The position numbers and the translations under genes were made by a program. Below the pieces are notes generated by a model. That model searched no databases, was not told where the DNA came from, and was given only the letters and a program-made list of their open reading frames with translations. This document shows, piece after piece, positions 29,194 to 39,743 of a stretch of DNA of 64,000 nt (position 1 is its first letter; each line of letters starts with the position of its first letter). The stretch is from Candidatus Latescibacterota bacterium. Its GTDB lineage: Bacteria; Latescibacterota; UBA2968. The stretch is from NCBI GenBank assembly GCA_965207885.1, contig OZ242311.1:192001-256000 (forward strand), given 5' to 3'.

Positions 29194-29565
29194 TTGACGG
29201 AGACACTTACGATGACACAGGAACAAAATGAGAAAGTCCAAACCATTGTCCGCGAGACCATTGCGGAACGTTTCTCGTCGGACGAGTTCGTGTTCGACCC
29301 CATTGTAGTGGTGCCCATGGTCGATGAATTTGGTTCTGACGCCAGCGGCGAAACGTATCTTCGCATCATTATTGTCTTCGATGGCGATCAGAAGCACCTC
29401 GACTCCAGTTGGACATCCAGTTTTATCAGACGCATTCGCCCGAAGCTGATTGAGGAAGGCATAGAAGAGTTCCCCAGCCCGTCATGGGTTGAGAAATCTG
29501 AGTGGTGGAGTCTGTATCCCAAATGGCGACAACAACACCCAGAGGTAACTATTGAAACCGCTTAA
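29194..29565 (+). CDS. Hypothetical protein, possible minimal nucleotidyltransferase-like antitoxin
   Basis: Directly upstream of, and overlapping, the HEPN gene; D..GETYLRIIIVFD..FPSPSWV; start TTG 29194 or ATG 29212 (the ORF-track start lies inside the promoter). Confidence 0.5.
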   Translation: MTETLTMTQEQNEKVQTIVRETIAERFSSDEFVFDPIVVVPMVDEFGSDASGETYLRIIIVFDGDQKHLDSSWTSSFIRRIRPKLIEEGIEEFPSPSWVEKSEWWSLYPKWRQQHPEVTIETA

Positions 29566-30028
29566 TTTTATTGCAACAGCCCGGGATTTGGTTCATGCGA
29601 ACAGCAAAGGCAGGACACGAGAGACGAACATCCGCAGGGCTGTCAGCACGACGTACTACGCGCTATTCCACTGTCTCGCAACTTCCAACGCCAATATGCT
29701 CGTTGGCGGTCCCGGCGCCAATCGCAGTCAACCGGCATGGCGTCAAGCATACCGGGCATTGCAACATGGAACAGCGAGGCAACGCTGCGAACACCAAGGT
29801 ATCATCATAAAATTCCCGGACGAAATTCAGGACTTCGCAGAACGATTTGCTGATATGCAAAAAAAACGTCACGAAGCGGATTACGACCCTGATACGACCT
29901 TTTTCAAATCTGATGTCATTCAAGACATCACGGATGCAGAAGATGTTATCCGCTGCTTCAACAGCGTTCCCGCCCGGGACCGGCGTGCCTTTGCAGTTTA
30001 CGTGTTGCTACCTCTCCGAACTGACTAA
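29552..30028 (+). CDS. HEPN-domain protein (putative toxin)
   Basis: RRAVSTTYYALFH and RHEADYD motifs. Confidence 0.75.
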   Translation: MKPLNFIATARDLVHANSKGRTRETNIRRAVSTTYYALFHCLATSNANMLVGGPGANRSQPAWRQAYRALQHGTARQRCEHQGIIIKFPDEIQDFAERFADMQKKRHEADYDPDTTFFKSDVIQDITDAEDVIRCFNSVPARDRRAFAVYVLLPLRTD

Positions 30029-30132
30029 AACCGCTCGTTACGCGGTATGTCCAGATAAATCCTAAATGAGCGTAATCTTCAATATCCAGTAACCTCAACT
30101 TCCGCAACTCAAAAGACTTTGCAATTAAAAAA

Positions 30133-31709
30133 ATGCCCAAAACTAACGAAATCGCCTTCAATGTCCGGTTGTTAGACGTACTACAAACCAAGCACCCGCG
30201 CTGGCGTGACCATGTCGGTGTGGAGCAACGGGATGTCCTCCGTGAGACCGCCCTGCAACCGGATATTGTCATTCGTCCTCCAAGCGGTGTACCAGTCATT
30301 CTCGAGACAGAGTTTATGCCAGCGCGTAGCGTCGAGGCAGACGCTACGGCTCGTTTGGGGAAATTCTTGGAGTACAACGGCGACTTGATAGAGCAGACTA
30401 TAGCTGTCCAGGTCCCACAAGAACTGAGCCGTGCGCCACAGGGAGACTTAGAGCGGCAAATCAAGGCCTCCGAGTTCCGCTATTGTACCTTTTCACTGCA
30501 AGAAAAAGATACCGTCGTGCGCTGGCCATCTGAGGGTTGGCTCACCGGCAGTATTGATGATCTTGCTGCCTGCATTGAAAATGTCTCGCTATCTGAACGT
30601 CTGCTTGCCGAAGGAACGCAAATTCTGGAGCAGAGCATAGGCGAGGCCGCTGGCAAACTGCGCGAAACAGCCAGCATACAAGTGCTGGAGAAAATGGCGC
30701 AGTCCCTCCATCAAGAGGATGGCGAGCAAACCTCGCGTATGGCCATGGCCATTGTCGCCAACGCCCTTGTCTTCCACACCGCTATTGTTGACGCACACGG
30801 TATCCCAACCATTGACGAATTGCGTATTCCAGGCCGCAATGATGTCAGCAAAAGCCGTTTGCTCGAATGTTGGCAGCATATTCTCGACAACATCAATTAC
30901 TATCCCATCTTCCGCATTGCCTCCGACCTGCTCCTGCCTATCGCTGACAGCACCGCAAACGCGGTTCTCAATCGTCTCGCTCAGGCAGCCGGTGATTTAG
31001 CTGGCTTAGGAGCTACCACCTTGCATGACCTCTCTGGACGCATGTTCCAAAGGCTTATTGCTGACCGGAAGTTTCTCGCCACGTTCTACACACTACCAAC
31101 ATCTGCTGCCCTGCTCGGTGAGTTAGCCGTATCACGCCTCGACGCGGTAACGGATTGTTCCAACCCCGATGCCCTCACCCGTCTCCAAATCGCCGACCTT
31201 GCCTGCGGAACTGGAACTCTGCTCTCGGCGGCGTACCGCGCCCTGGCCTCGCGCCATCGGCGAACTGGCGGTGCCGATCAAGTGCTACACACTCAGATGA
31301 TGGAACGCGCCCTCATCGCTGCCGACATCATGCCAGCCGCAACGCATCTAACCGCGTCCATGCTGTCAAGCACTCATCCGGGCACGATCTTTGGCAACAC
31401 TCGTGTCCACACCCTGCCCTATGGACAGCAAAGCCAGGAAAAGCGGCACGCCATGGCCCTGGGTGCTCTCGACCTCATTGAGGATGACACCGCGCCATCG
31501 CTGTTTGGGACTGGTATTCATGTAGCGCGAGGTACGGGCGCGGATGTGGAAGCAGAGGGAAGCCAGGACATGATCCTCCCCCCTGAAACGGCCGATCTTG
31601 TAATTATGAATCCCCCCTTCACACGACCTACCAACCACGAAAAGGCCGAGGTACCAGTGCCATCATTTGCCGGGTTGGGCACAAGCAAAGAAGAACAGCA
31701 GGCCATGTC
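30133..31709 (+). pseudogene. Truncated fused restriction endonuclease / N6-adenine methyltransferase (type IIG-like)
   Basis: N-terminal PD...E (LQPDIVI..VILETE); motif I DLACGTGTLL; motif IV NPPF; the ORF ends about 30 aa later in IS256-derived sequence. Confidence 0.75.
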
Positions 31710-31820
31710 CAAGATGAGTGGATCACAGGCAGACGCTATCTGGACATGACGGATTGGATATAAACGCTCTGACCCCTATTTCACGGAGCTATAATTTTAC
31801 AGAACTTTTTGGACTTGACC
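31710..31820 (+). mobile_element. IS256-family right-end remnant
   Basis: Reads QDEWITGRRYLDMTDWI* (IS256 transposase C-terminus), then IR-like TTTTACAGAACTTTTTGGACTTGACC. Confidence 0.7.
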
Positions 31821-31919
31821 TAAAAAATTTCTATTATTTTATGCCCATTGTCGAGGATTTTTTTTCACACAATTCACACATTTGAGATTACACGATGAGT
31901 TAGCATAAGGTCCCGCACT

Positions 31920-31998
31920 TTTGAACTAAAATGAAAAGAGCGAATCCTTTTGGGCTCGCTCTTTTTTTGCTAAAATGCTTCATTGTGCTGCGCGGGGC
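31920..31998. repeat. Island repeat copy 5 (medium form, truncated before the promoter)
   Basis: TTTGAACTAAAATGAAAAGAGCGAATCCTTTTGGGCTCGCTCTTTTTTTGCTAAAATGCTTCATTGTGCTGC. Confidence 0.9.
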
Positions 31999-32023
31999 GA
32001 CTATATGGATATCCTAAAAAATT

Positions 32024-32782
32024 TTGAAGAACGTCCAGATCATCTACGATACGCATACACGGGATTTCCAAGCCCGTCTGGTGGTCGAAGTGGATGTTTC
32101 TGATAAATCCGGAGAGGCCACCGTTGGTGTAGATATAGGCGAAGATTGGCTCATCGCCGCAGATTTCTGTGACGGCTCTCAGTATCTGGTCTGTGGACGG
32201 ATGCTCAAGTCCACACGCCGATATTGGCAGAAGGTCAGAGCAAAGGTCAAACCGCCCAGCCAGGACCGTCCCAAGATGTCGAGGCGCTATCGCCAGATCG
32301 CCAGAAAAGAAGCCCGACAAATCACACATGCCCTCCATATCGCCAGCAGACGGTTTGTGGTGGATGCGTATGCCGATAAGGGTGTAGGCACTATCATCCT
32401 GGGAGACCTGACCGGCATCCGATCAAGCATCGCTTATGGCAAAAGGATGAATCAACGCCTGCACGCCTGGCCATATGCCAGACTCAGCGCGATGATTGAA
32501 TACAAGGCTGCACTGCTTGGCATAAAGGTCAAAGTCGTCTCAGAGAAATATACCTCGCAGACTTGCCCACAATGTAATATAAGAAAGAAATCCAATCGCA
32601 AACATCGTGGTTGGTACTCCTGTCATTGCGGCTTTGAAGGTCAAGCGGACCTGGTAGGTGCTTTCAATATCCATCGGCAAGTATCTGGGGTTTCCAGTAG
32701 TGGGCGTTCGGCGCGCCCCGTGGTCTTGGTGTATGACCACCATACGGTCCACGAAGTTGCAAGTTCTCGGAAGGCAGCCTGA
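32024..32782 (+). pseudogene. tnpB: 5'-truncated TnpB (IS200/IS605 family)
   Basis: VGVDIGE, LGDL, YTSQTCPQC Zn ribbon, ADLVGAFNI; lacks the N-terminal HTH/WED region. Confidence 0.85.
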
Positions 32783-32801
32783 TAAAGGACAACCTCCGGA
32801 A

Positions 32802-32830
32802 TCCCTTGACTTCAGTCAAGGGAGCACGTC
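32802..32830 (+). mobile_element. IS200/IS605 right-end palindrome
   Basis: TCCCTTGACT-TC-AGTCAAGGGA then GCACGTC. Confidence 0.75.
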
Positions 32831-32932
32831 GAGAACGTGGTGCTTTTGTCTTCGACGCTAAGATCAGTGCGGATTTTGGGATTGTCTTTTGTTGCTAAAA
32901 TCACACTGGCCCTCATAGCATCCTCTTACCTA

Positions 32933-33869
32933 GGTAGTGTCTGAAAAGTCGTAAAGTATGTATTTTAGTTGCAGCATACGCCCTAAACCAAGGAGTATGA
33001 TATGCAACGGAGATATGAACTGCGCGACGAGGCTTGGCATCTGATCCAAGACCTGTTCCCACCGCCGAAGAAGATGGGTCGTCCCCGTCGGGATGATCGT
33101 ACATTATTCAACGGGATCTTCTGGATATTGTGTTCAGGTGCAGCTTGGCGCGACCTGCCAGAACGATATGGTCCTTGGCAGACAGCCTTTGACCGATTCT
33201 GCAAATGGAAACAGGATGGCACCTTTGATCGCATTGTAGAAAAGCTACATCTCAAATTGGGTGAAGATGGTCTTTTAGATTATGCGACCTGGATGATGGA
33301 TGCAACCCATATTCGAGCCACACAAGCCGCGGCAGGAGCGAAAAAAAAAGGGCAAAAAGGGTGAAGAAGAGCCCCCAGATCACGCTTTAGGACGCTCTCG
33401 TGGCGGTTTGACCACGAAAATCCATCTTCTTTGCGATGCAGTCGGGCATCCTTTAGCAGTGGATCTTCTCCCTGGTAACCAGTCAGAATCCACACAGGCT
33501 GAAAGGCTACTGTCAAAGGTATGCATACCCACCAAACGAGGGCGTCCAAGAAACCGACCCAAGTATCTGGTAGCTGATAAATCTTATGATGTCTCACGCA
33601 TCAGAGTCTATCTACGCAAACGGGGTATCAAGGCTGCTATCCCAAACAAGGCGATTCCCAAAGGCAGAAAACGGCGTAAGAGAGGACCACGGCCTAAGTG
33701 TGATAAAAGATTATATGCCAAACGCAATATCGTGGAGCGTCTCTTTGGTTGGCTTAAACACTGCCGACGGATTGTGACCCGATTTGAAAAAAAGGCGACT
33801 CATTTTCTCACTATGGTCAAGCTGGCCTGTATCAGACAACTCTTCAAAGCTTACTTTTCAGACACTACC
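32933..33869 (+). mobile_element. IS5-family element copy 1 (937 bp; two ORFs, -1 frameshift)
   Basis: 17-bp IR GGTAGTGTCTGAAAAGT/ACTTTTCAGACACTACC; TA duplication; orfA 33002-33364, orfB to 33872; A9G slippery site at 33341. Confidence 0.95.
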
Positions 33870-33872
33870 TAA
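33002..33872 (+). CDS. IS5-family transposase (programmed frameshift)
   Basis: WRDLPERYGPWQT, DATHIRA, GRSRGGLTTKIH, ADKSYD, RNIVERLFGWLK. Confidence 0.9.
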
Positions 33873-35596
33873 TATTCCCTGCACCGATTCGTAATCGGCA
33901 AGCGTCTATCGCGACCGAAAGCGCGGGGCGTGATCTTGATGCCGGGAGGCGCCTGGCGGCGTTTGTATTCGTTGATATCCACCGTGCGGATAACCCGCGT
34001 GACGAGTTCCTCATCATAGCCCAGCGCGATAATATCTTGCAGACTCGTATCGTCCTCCACATACGCTTTGAGAATGGGATCAAGCACAGAATAAGGAGGC
34101 AAACTATCCGTATCTTTCTGATTATCGCGCAACTCCGCCGTAGGCGGTCGTTCAATAATCGAAACGGGAATAACGGGATGATCCGACAGACCATTGCGAT
34201 AATGCGCCAGATCATAGACAAGCGTCTTGTAAATATCTTTAATAACCGCAAACCCACCCGCCATATCGCCGTAAAGCGTCGCATAACCCATACTCAATTC
34301 GCTCTTATTACCCGGCGCCAGCACGAGCGCGCGGAACTTATTGGCAAGCGCCATCAGCAAAGTACCCCGAATACGCGGCTGGATATTCTCCTCCGCAGTA
34401 TCAGAAGGCAAATCGCCAAACTCATCCGCAAGAAGACCGAGATACTGGTCGAACAACGTTTGAATCGGCAACGTCAGAATGCGAATATCGAGATTACCCG
34501 CCATCTGCAGAGCATCGTTAAACGTACCCTCTGACGAGAACTGAGTCGGCATCGTCACACACACCACATTCTCTCTCCCCAGCGCATCATAGGCAACAGC
34601 CGTAACAAGCGCCGAGTCAATCCCGCCAGACAACCCGATAAAAACCTTCTCAAACCCATTCTTCAAAACATAATCGCGCGTACCCAGAACAAGCGCATCG
34701 TAAATATTCTTGAGACGCTCATCTGGACGCGGAAAATCTGGCCTCTCAGACGGAGAAAGACATACAGATTTGGGTTTCAGGTCCGGCAAATCAATGGCGG
34801 TCGGAGCAGAAACATCGCGTTTCTCCTTGCGCCGACGCGAATCGTGCAGGCGATTGCGAAAAACAGCCTCAACATCAACATCCGCCACCAACAGATCTTC
34901 CTCAAACCGGGGCGCCCGCGCAACAACGCGCCCTTCCTGATCGACAATCAGGCTGCCCCCATCAAAAATCAATTCATCCTGCCCGCCGACGAGATTGCAA
35001 AAAGCCAGAACAGCACTATTATCCGTCGCGCGCGTAGCAATCATCTGCTCGCGCAACAACTCTTTGCCATCGTGAAAAGGAGAGGAAGAAATATTGATCA
35101 GCACCTCGGCATCGCCGGCAAGTGCTTGCTCCCGGGCGGGACCGCCGGGATACCAGATATCTTCGCAGATCGTAACCCCAAAAGTAATACCATTGAGACG
35201 ATACACCCCTGCGGTCTTGCCAGATTGGAAATAGCGGTCTTCGTCAAAGACGCCGTAATTGGGCAAATAGGTCTTGTGATAGACATCGATCAAGCGCCCA
35301 TCGCAAGCAATCGCTGCGGCATTGTAGATATCGTCGTGACGATCCACAAAACCGAAAATCGCAGCAACACCCTGCGTCGCCTGAACGAGCTCGTTCAACA
35401 CATCGAGGTTGGATTGGATAAACCGGGGCTTGAAAAGCAAATCTTCGGGCGGATAGCCCGGGATCGCGAGTTCGGGAAAAACGACAACATGCGCCCCCAA
35501 GTCGCGTGCCCTGTGAACATGGTCGAGAATTTTTTCACGGTTGCCCGCAAGATCACCTACGGTGACATTAATTTGCGATAGGGCAAGGCGAATCAC
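33869..35596 (-). CDS. nadE: Glutamine-dependent NAD+ synthetase
   Basis: Nitrilase domain (FPEL, YHKTYLPNYGVFDE, ICEDIW); GLSGGIDS; NEYKRRQAPPG. Confidence 0.97.
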   Translation of the reverse strand: MIRLALSQINVTVGDLAGNREKILDHVHRARDLGAHVVVFPELAIPGYPPEDLLFKPRFIQSNLDVLNELVQATQGVAAIFGFVDRHDDIYNAAAIACDGRLIDVYHKTYLPNYGVFDEDRYFQSGKTAGVYRLNGITFGVTICEDIWYPGGPAREQALAGDAEVLINISSSPFHDGKELLREQMIATRATDNSAVLAFCNLVGGQDELIFDGGSLIVDQEGRVVARAPRFEEDLLVADVDVEAVFRNRLHDSRRRKEKRDVSAPTAIDLPDLKPKSVCLSPSERPDFPRPDERLKNIYDALVLGTRDYVLKNGFEKVFIGLSGGIDSALVTAVAYDALGRENVVCVTMPTQFSSEGTFNDALQMAGNLDIRILTLPIQTLFDQYLGLLADEFGDLPSDTAEENIQPRIRGTLLMALANKFRALVLAPGNKSELSMGYATLYGDMAGGFAVIKDIYKTLVYDLAHYRNGLSDHPVIPVSIIERPPTAELRDNQKDTDSLPPYSVLDPILKAYVEDDTSLQDIIALGYDEELVTRVIRTVDINEYKRRQAPPGIKITPRAFGRDRRLPITNRCREY

Positions 35597-35608
35597 GTGT
35601 CCGGTCCT

Positions 35609-37432
35609 CTAATAATCGGAGTAGAAGAAGTGACGATAATCGACAATATCGGCACTTTCCCGCAAATCGGCAAACCAGGCAGTGAAAACCTCCTGGCGTT
35701 TTTGTGAAAGCACCTGCTGCAATAACGTCCCTTTTGCCGACCCTAAACCCGTTTCATCAACAGATTGTCTTTCCTCCACGCGCAAAATATAAGCCCCGCG
35801 GTCAGTCTTGACGACCTCGCTGGTCTGACCCGTTGACAAACGAAATGCCGCGCCCACAAAAGCGTTGCGACTGCCCACACTGGGAACAAAGCCCGTGCGC
35901 GCAAAAGACTGCGGTGTCTGAACCGTGAGATTGAAAAACTCGGCTGTCTCTTCGAGTGATTTCCCCGTCTTGATCTGCCCCATCACCTCGGCCAACCGAC
36001 CAGCCGCAACCTCGACCTTCTTTTTATTCTTCAAACTCGCCTCAATCTGCGGTTTAACCTCATCCAGAGGTCGGGGACCCGCCTCGCGGATCTCCCGCAA
36101 AGCGAAAACGTGGATACCCTGGTCATTTTCATAAACACTGGAAACATCGCCAGGAGAACCGCGCAAAAATTTGTTGACCAGCCCCGATGTGCTATTGCCC
36201 AGCAGAGGGAAAAAACTGCCAGCGGTAATAAACTCCGAGTCCTGACTTTGCAAATCCCTCTGATTGACAGCCGAGTCAAACCCGACATCCTCGGCTATTT
36301 CTGCAAACTCTTCGACAACCACGCGCAAACTATCGAGCGTATCGCGCCCGGGACGCACCTCAATGAGAATATGCCGCGCGTGAACCTCAAGGCTATCAGC
36401 CGCGCCTCTCGTCTCCTCCACCTTAATAACATGCCAGCCAAACTGCGTCTTGACAGGATCGGATATTTCCCCCGCATTGAGCGCGAAAGCCGCATCTTCA
36501 AAAGGCTTGACCATGCGACCTCGCCCAAAGAAGCCGAGATCGCCACCGCGCGGGCCACTTGGTCCATCGGAATACACCCTGGCGAGTTCGGCAAAATCAT
36601 CACCGGCTTTGGCCTCGGCGAAAACCCGATCAATCTCGGCTTTGGCTTCGGCTTCATCGCGTGCGGTTGCCGTTTTTTGCAACGAAACAAAAGCGACGCG
36701 CACGGCGGCATCTTCCTGGTATTCATCCCGATGCTCTTCGTAATAAGTTTGAATCTCAGCATCCGCGACCAGCGCGAGCGAGTCGGAAATGACGTTGGCA
36801 TCAAACCCGATATAAGATACGCGCACTTTTTCGTTCTGTTCGATATACGCCTGCTCGATCTCCGCATCGGAGACTTTGACCGAACCGACAATAAGGGTCT
36901 CGAGCTTTTGCGAAAGCAACTGGCTTCGCGCATTCTCTTCGGCAAACAGAACAAACTGCTTCATTCGGGGATCGCTGTACGTGCTGGGATCGTCGAGAAA
37001 CTGGTTATATTTAGCCAGATCAAATGTACCGTCAGTCTGGAAAAATTCTTGTTGTTGTATCCACTCAGCGGGTTGTGTGCGGTTGATGTGATCGACCTCA
37101 GCATCGGAAACCGTAATACCGTATTTGTCAATCTGTTGCCCAAACAGGGTTTGCGTAACCACGCGTTCCCACGTCTGAGAAATAATCTGACTGACATCGG
37201 GATCTTCATTACCCCGCGCTTTGGCCTGCTCGAGATCATTTCGGATTTCGGCTTCAAACTGCTTGACAGAAATATCCTGACCATTCACAGAACCGATATT
37301 GTCACCAACAGCGGCAAACCCCCGACTGCTAAAATCAGCCCCCCATTCAAACACCATAAGGCCGACAAAAGCAACCGCAACAATAATCATCATCGCCTTG
37401 ATAAAAGTAGCACTACGCATTTGAGCGAGCAT
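35609..37432 (-). CDS. ppiD: Peptidyl-prolyl cis-trans isomerase D (SurA N-terminal + parvulin)
   Basis: N-terminal TM anchor; [41 protein letters not shown]. Confidence 0.88.
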   Translation of the reverse strand: MLAQMRSATFIKAMMIIVAVAFVGLMVFEWGADFSSRGFAAVGDNIGSVNGQDISVKQFEAEIRNDLEQAKARGNEDPDVSQIISQTWERVVTQTLFGQQIDKYGITVSDAEVDHINRTQPAEWIQQQEFFQTDGTFDLAKYNQFLDDPSTYSDPRMKQFVLFAEENARSQLLSQKLETLIVGSVKVSDAEIEQAYIEQNEKVRVSYIGFDANVISDSLALVADAEIQTYYEEHRDEYQEDAAVRVAFVSLQKTATARDEAEAKAEIDRVFAEAKAGDDFAELARVYSDGPSGPRGGDLGFFGRGRMVKPFEDAAFALNAGEISDPVKTQFGWHVIKVEETRGAADSLEVHARHILIEVRPGRDTLDSLRVVVEEFAEIAEDVGFDSAVNQRDLQSQDSEFITAGSFFPLLGNSTSGLVNKFLRGSPGDVSSVYENDQGIHVFALREIREAGPRPLDEVKPQIEASLKNKKKVEVAAGRLAEVMGQIKTGKSLEETAEFFNLTVQTPQSFARTGFVPSVGSRNAFVGAAFRLSTGQTSEVVKTDRGAYILRVEERQSVDETGLGSAKGTLLQQVLSQKRQEVFTAWFADLRESADIVDYRHFFYSDY

Positions 37433-37549
37433 TGAAACTATTCCTCCGTTATAGAAGCGGTAAAACCAATATAGATAAGGTTAAATAATCTACCTGTTGG
37501 ACTTTGTACTGGCAAGGTTTTTTTATGTAAATGCAAGCAATTCAGCTTC

Positions 37550-37578
37550 TTGACGAGGGTGGGTAAAAGCCCTATACT
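37550..37578 (+). promoter_or_regulatory. Sigma70 promoter for the M23 gene
   Basis: TTGACG-N17-TATACT. Confidence 0.7.
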
Positions 37579-37590
37579 CAAGGCGACAAG

Positions 37591-37702
37591 AGCTAAAATT
37601 ACTCCCATCCTGGATGCCTGCTTAAAGCATGCAGGCGTGACGACAGGTATAGCGAGTGTCATCGCGGCAGGCTGTTAGCCGCGATCCAGAAGGTCTTTAG
37701 CT
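37591..37702. repeat. Inverted pair of REP-like palindromes (REPIN/MITE-like)
   Basis: TGGATGCCTGC..GCAGGCGTGAC and GTCATCGCGGC..GCCGCGATCCA, bracketed by AGCTAAA/TTTAGCT. Confidence 0.65.
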
Positions 37703-37731
37703 AACTACCAACCATAGCCCCGAATTTCTTC

Positions 37732-39741
37732 ATGCCTCGCCTATCTACCATAATTTGTATTCTCTTATCCCTCACCATAACTGCACACGCAGAAAATTAT
37801 CACTGGCCCATGGATGCCCCCCCGGCATTGACATCGACCTTTGGTGAATACCGGGGGGGGCGATTGCATGCGGCCATTGACCTGAAAACCTATGGCAAAG
37901 AAGGGTATCCCGTAACAGCGATTGCCGATGGGTACGTCTGGCGGGTCCGCACATCGCCCTGGGGATACGGGCGAGTGGTATATGTACAACTCGACAACGG
38001 CCTGTTCGCGCTCTGGGCGCACTTATCGGGATTTTCCAAACGCATCGAAAAATACGTCCAGCAAGAACAAGATCGCCGCGGAACATACAGCGTAAACCTG
38101 TATTTTCGCCCCGATCAAATCCCCGTCAAACGCGGAGAAGTGCTGGGCTATTCGGGCAGCACGGGCATTGGCGTACCGCATCTGCACTTCGAATTGCGCG
38201 ACGCGAAACACCGCCCCATCAATCCCCTGCTCCATGGATTTGATATCAAAGACACCATACCCCCAACCATACAGGCGATCGGCCTCGTACCCTTAAACGC
38301 AAATGCACGGGTCAAAAGCGGACACAAGCCAGTGTCACATCGCCTCGCCTATCGAACAAAAGAAAAAATCTTCACACATCCCGATACCGTAACCGTCTGG
38401 GGTCCCATCGGCATTGGCCTGAAAGCGTTTGACCGCGCAAATGACTCGCAACTAACAAATCGATTGGCCCCTTATCGCATGCGACTTCTAATAAATGGCG
38501 AAGAGATATTTCAAAAAACCTGTGGGCTATTTGGATACGACGTAACGCGCCACGGAGAACTCGCCTATGACTTTTATATGAGCCGTCGCGGCCTGGGGCG
38601 ATTTCACAGCCTGTATCGCAAACCCGGCAATCGCCTGCCTTTCTACGGCGATTACAAAGTGGGAGCAGGCGTATTATTTGCAGGGACAAAAACCAACGGT
38701 GCGGGACATGAACTCTCGCCGGGCGTACACCGCCTGCAGATCATTGCCGAAGACGTAAAGGGAAATCGCGCAAAAGCAGCCGTATTTTTGCGGGTGCAGA
38801 ACACAAATAGAAAATTTCCCTCAAAAAATTCACCACAACACACCCCAAAAATAACCAGCGAAATATCGTATTTCCCCACCTTTGCAGTTATCCGCATCTC
38901 AGCCAATCGGACACTGTCAGAAATGCCAACCGTCCGAGCACAACTTTCCAAACAATGGACGCGAACCCTCGCAGTTCAACAGACGAGTTCGCAAACATAT
39001 CAGGTTATCATTCCATTTGATGAAAAGTACGCCGACGACATAGACCTGCAAATTGAAACAAACGGACAAACCCAAAAACTGCGAATCATCCAGCAAACCG
39101 TCACACCAGATGGCGGAGAAATGCGCTCGGATGACGGATTGGTGCGGGTGCGATTTGAGAAAGAAGGCGTTTACGAAACCCTATTTGGACGCATAGAGTC
39201 CGAAAGCCAGATAAAGGACAAACGCATGGTGGGAACCGCATTCCGGATAATGCCCGGAGACGTGGCATTCAAAGGGGCAGAAATCGCGTTTATCTACCCT
39301 CCAGATCATCCCAATATAGACAAACTCGGCATCTACAAATGGAATGGAAGAAATAGCTGGACTTTTGTCGATAAGGGACGCGATTCAAAGACAGGTACTA
39401 TAACGGGAAATGTGCGAAACTTTGGTGTATTTGCATTGCTCGCCGACACTGTACCCCCCAGAATTGCCAGCATAACCCCCGCCAACGGCACAGTACTCAC
39501 ACAGCGCCAACCCAGAGTTGCAGCCTCTATATGGGATACATCTTCGGGTATCTGGCGAGATGAGGATATCGTAATGAAAATTAATGGCAAAGCCCTAATT
39601 GTGGAATACGACCCGGAAGAAAATCGCATCTTTGCCAAACCGCGAAAACCCCTGTCCTCCGGATCGCACAAACTGGAAATTATCGTGCGCGACATCTGTG
39701 GTAATGAATCGCGGCGCACCACCACATTCAGGACCAAATAG
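37732..39741 (+). CDS. M23-family metallopeptidase with a C-terminal Ig-like region
   Basis: HAAID (HxxxD) and PHLHFE (HxH); signal peptide. Confidence 0.9.
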   Translation: MPRLSTIICILLSLTITAHAENYHWPMDAPPALTSTFGEYRGGRLHAAIDLKTYGKEGYPVTAIADGYVWRVRTSPWGYGRVVYVQLDNGLFALWAHLSGFSKRIEKYVQQEQDRRGTYSVNLYFRPDQIPVKRGEVLGYSGSTGIGVPHLHFELRDAKHRPINPLLHGFDIKDTIPPTIQAIGLVPLNANARVKSGHKPVSHRLAYRTKEKIFTHPDTVTVWGPIGIGLKAFDRANDSQLTNRLAPYRMRLLINGEEIFQKTCGLFGYDVTRHGELAYDFYMSRRGLGRFHSLYRKPGNRLPFYGDYKVGAGVLFAGTKTNGAGHELSPGVHRLQIIAEDVKGNRAKAAVFLRVQNTNRKFPSKNSPQHTPKITSEISYFPTFAVIRISANRTLSEMPTVRAQLSKQWTRTLAVQQTSSQTYQVIIPFDEKYADDIDLQIETNGQTQKLRIIQQTVTPDGGEMRSDDGLVRVRFEKEGVYETLFGRIESESQIKDKRMVGTAFRIMPGDVAFKGAEIAFIYPPDHPNIDKLGIYKWNGRNSWTFVDKGRDSKTGTITGNVRNFGVFALLADTVPPRIASITPANGTVLTQRQPRVAASIWDTSSGIWRDEDIVMKINGKALIVEYDPEENRIFAKPRKPLSSGSHKLEIIVRDICGNESRRTTTFRTK

Positions 39742-39743
39742 CC

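Noticed and set aside
19387-31998. Island repeat as a CRISPR array, integron attC or dif site
   Set aside because: Spacing is 1-5 kb and no cas genes are present; an AAC...GTT pair exists on the minus strand of copy 4, but the L boxes do not pair as in attC; no XerD-like half-site; no integrase in the window.
36110-37435. 441-aa + strand ORF
   Set aside because: Antisense shadow of ppiD with no recognisable motifs.
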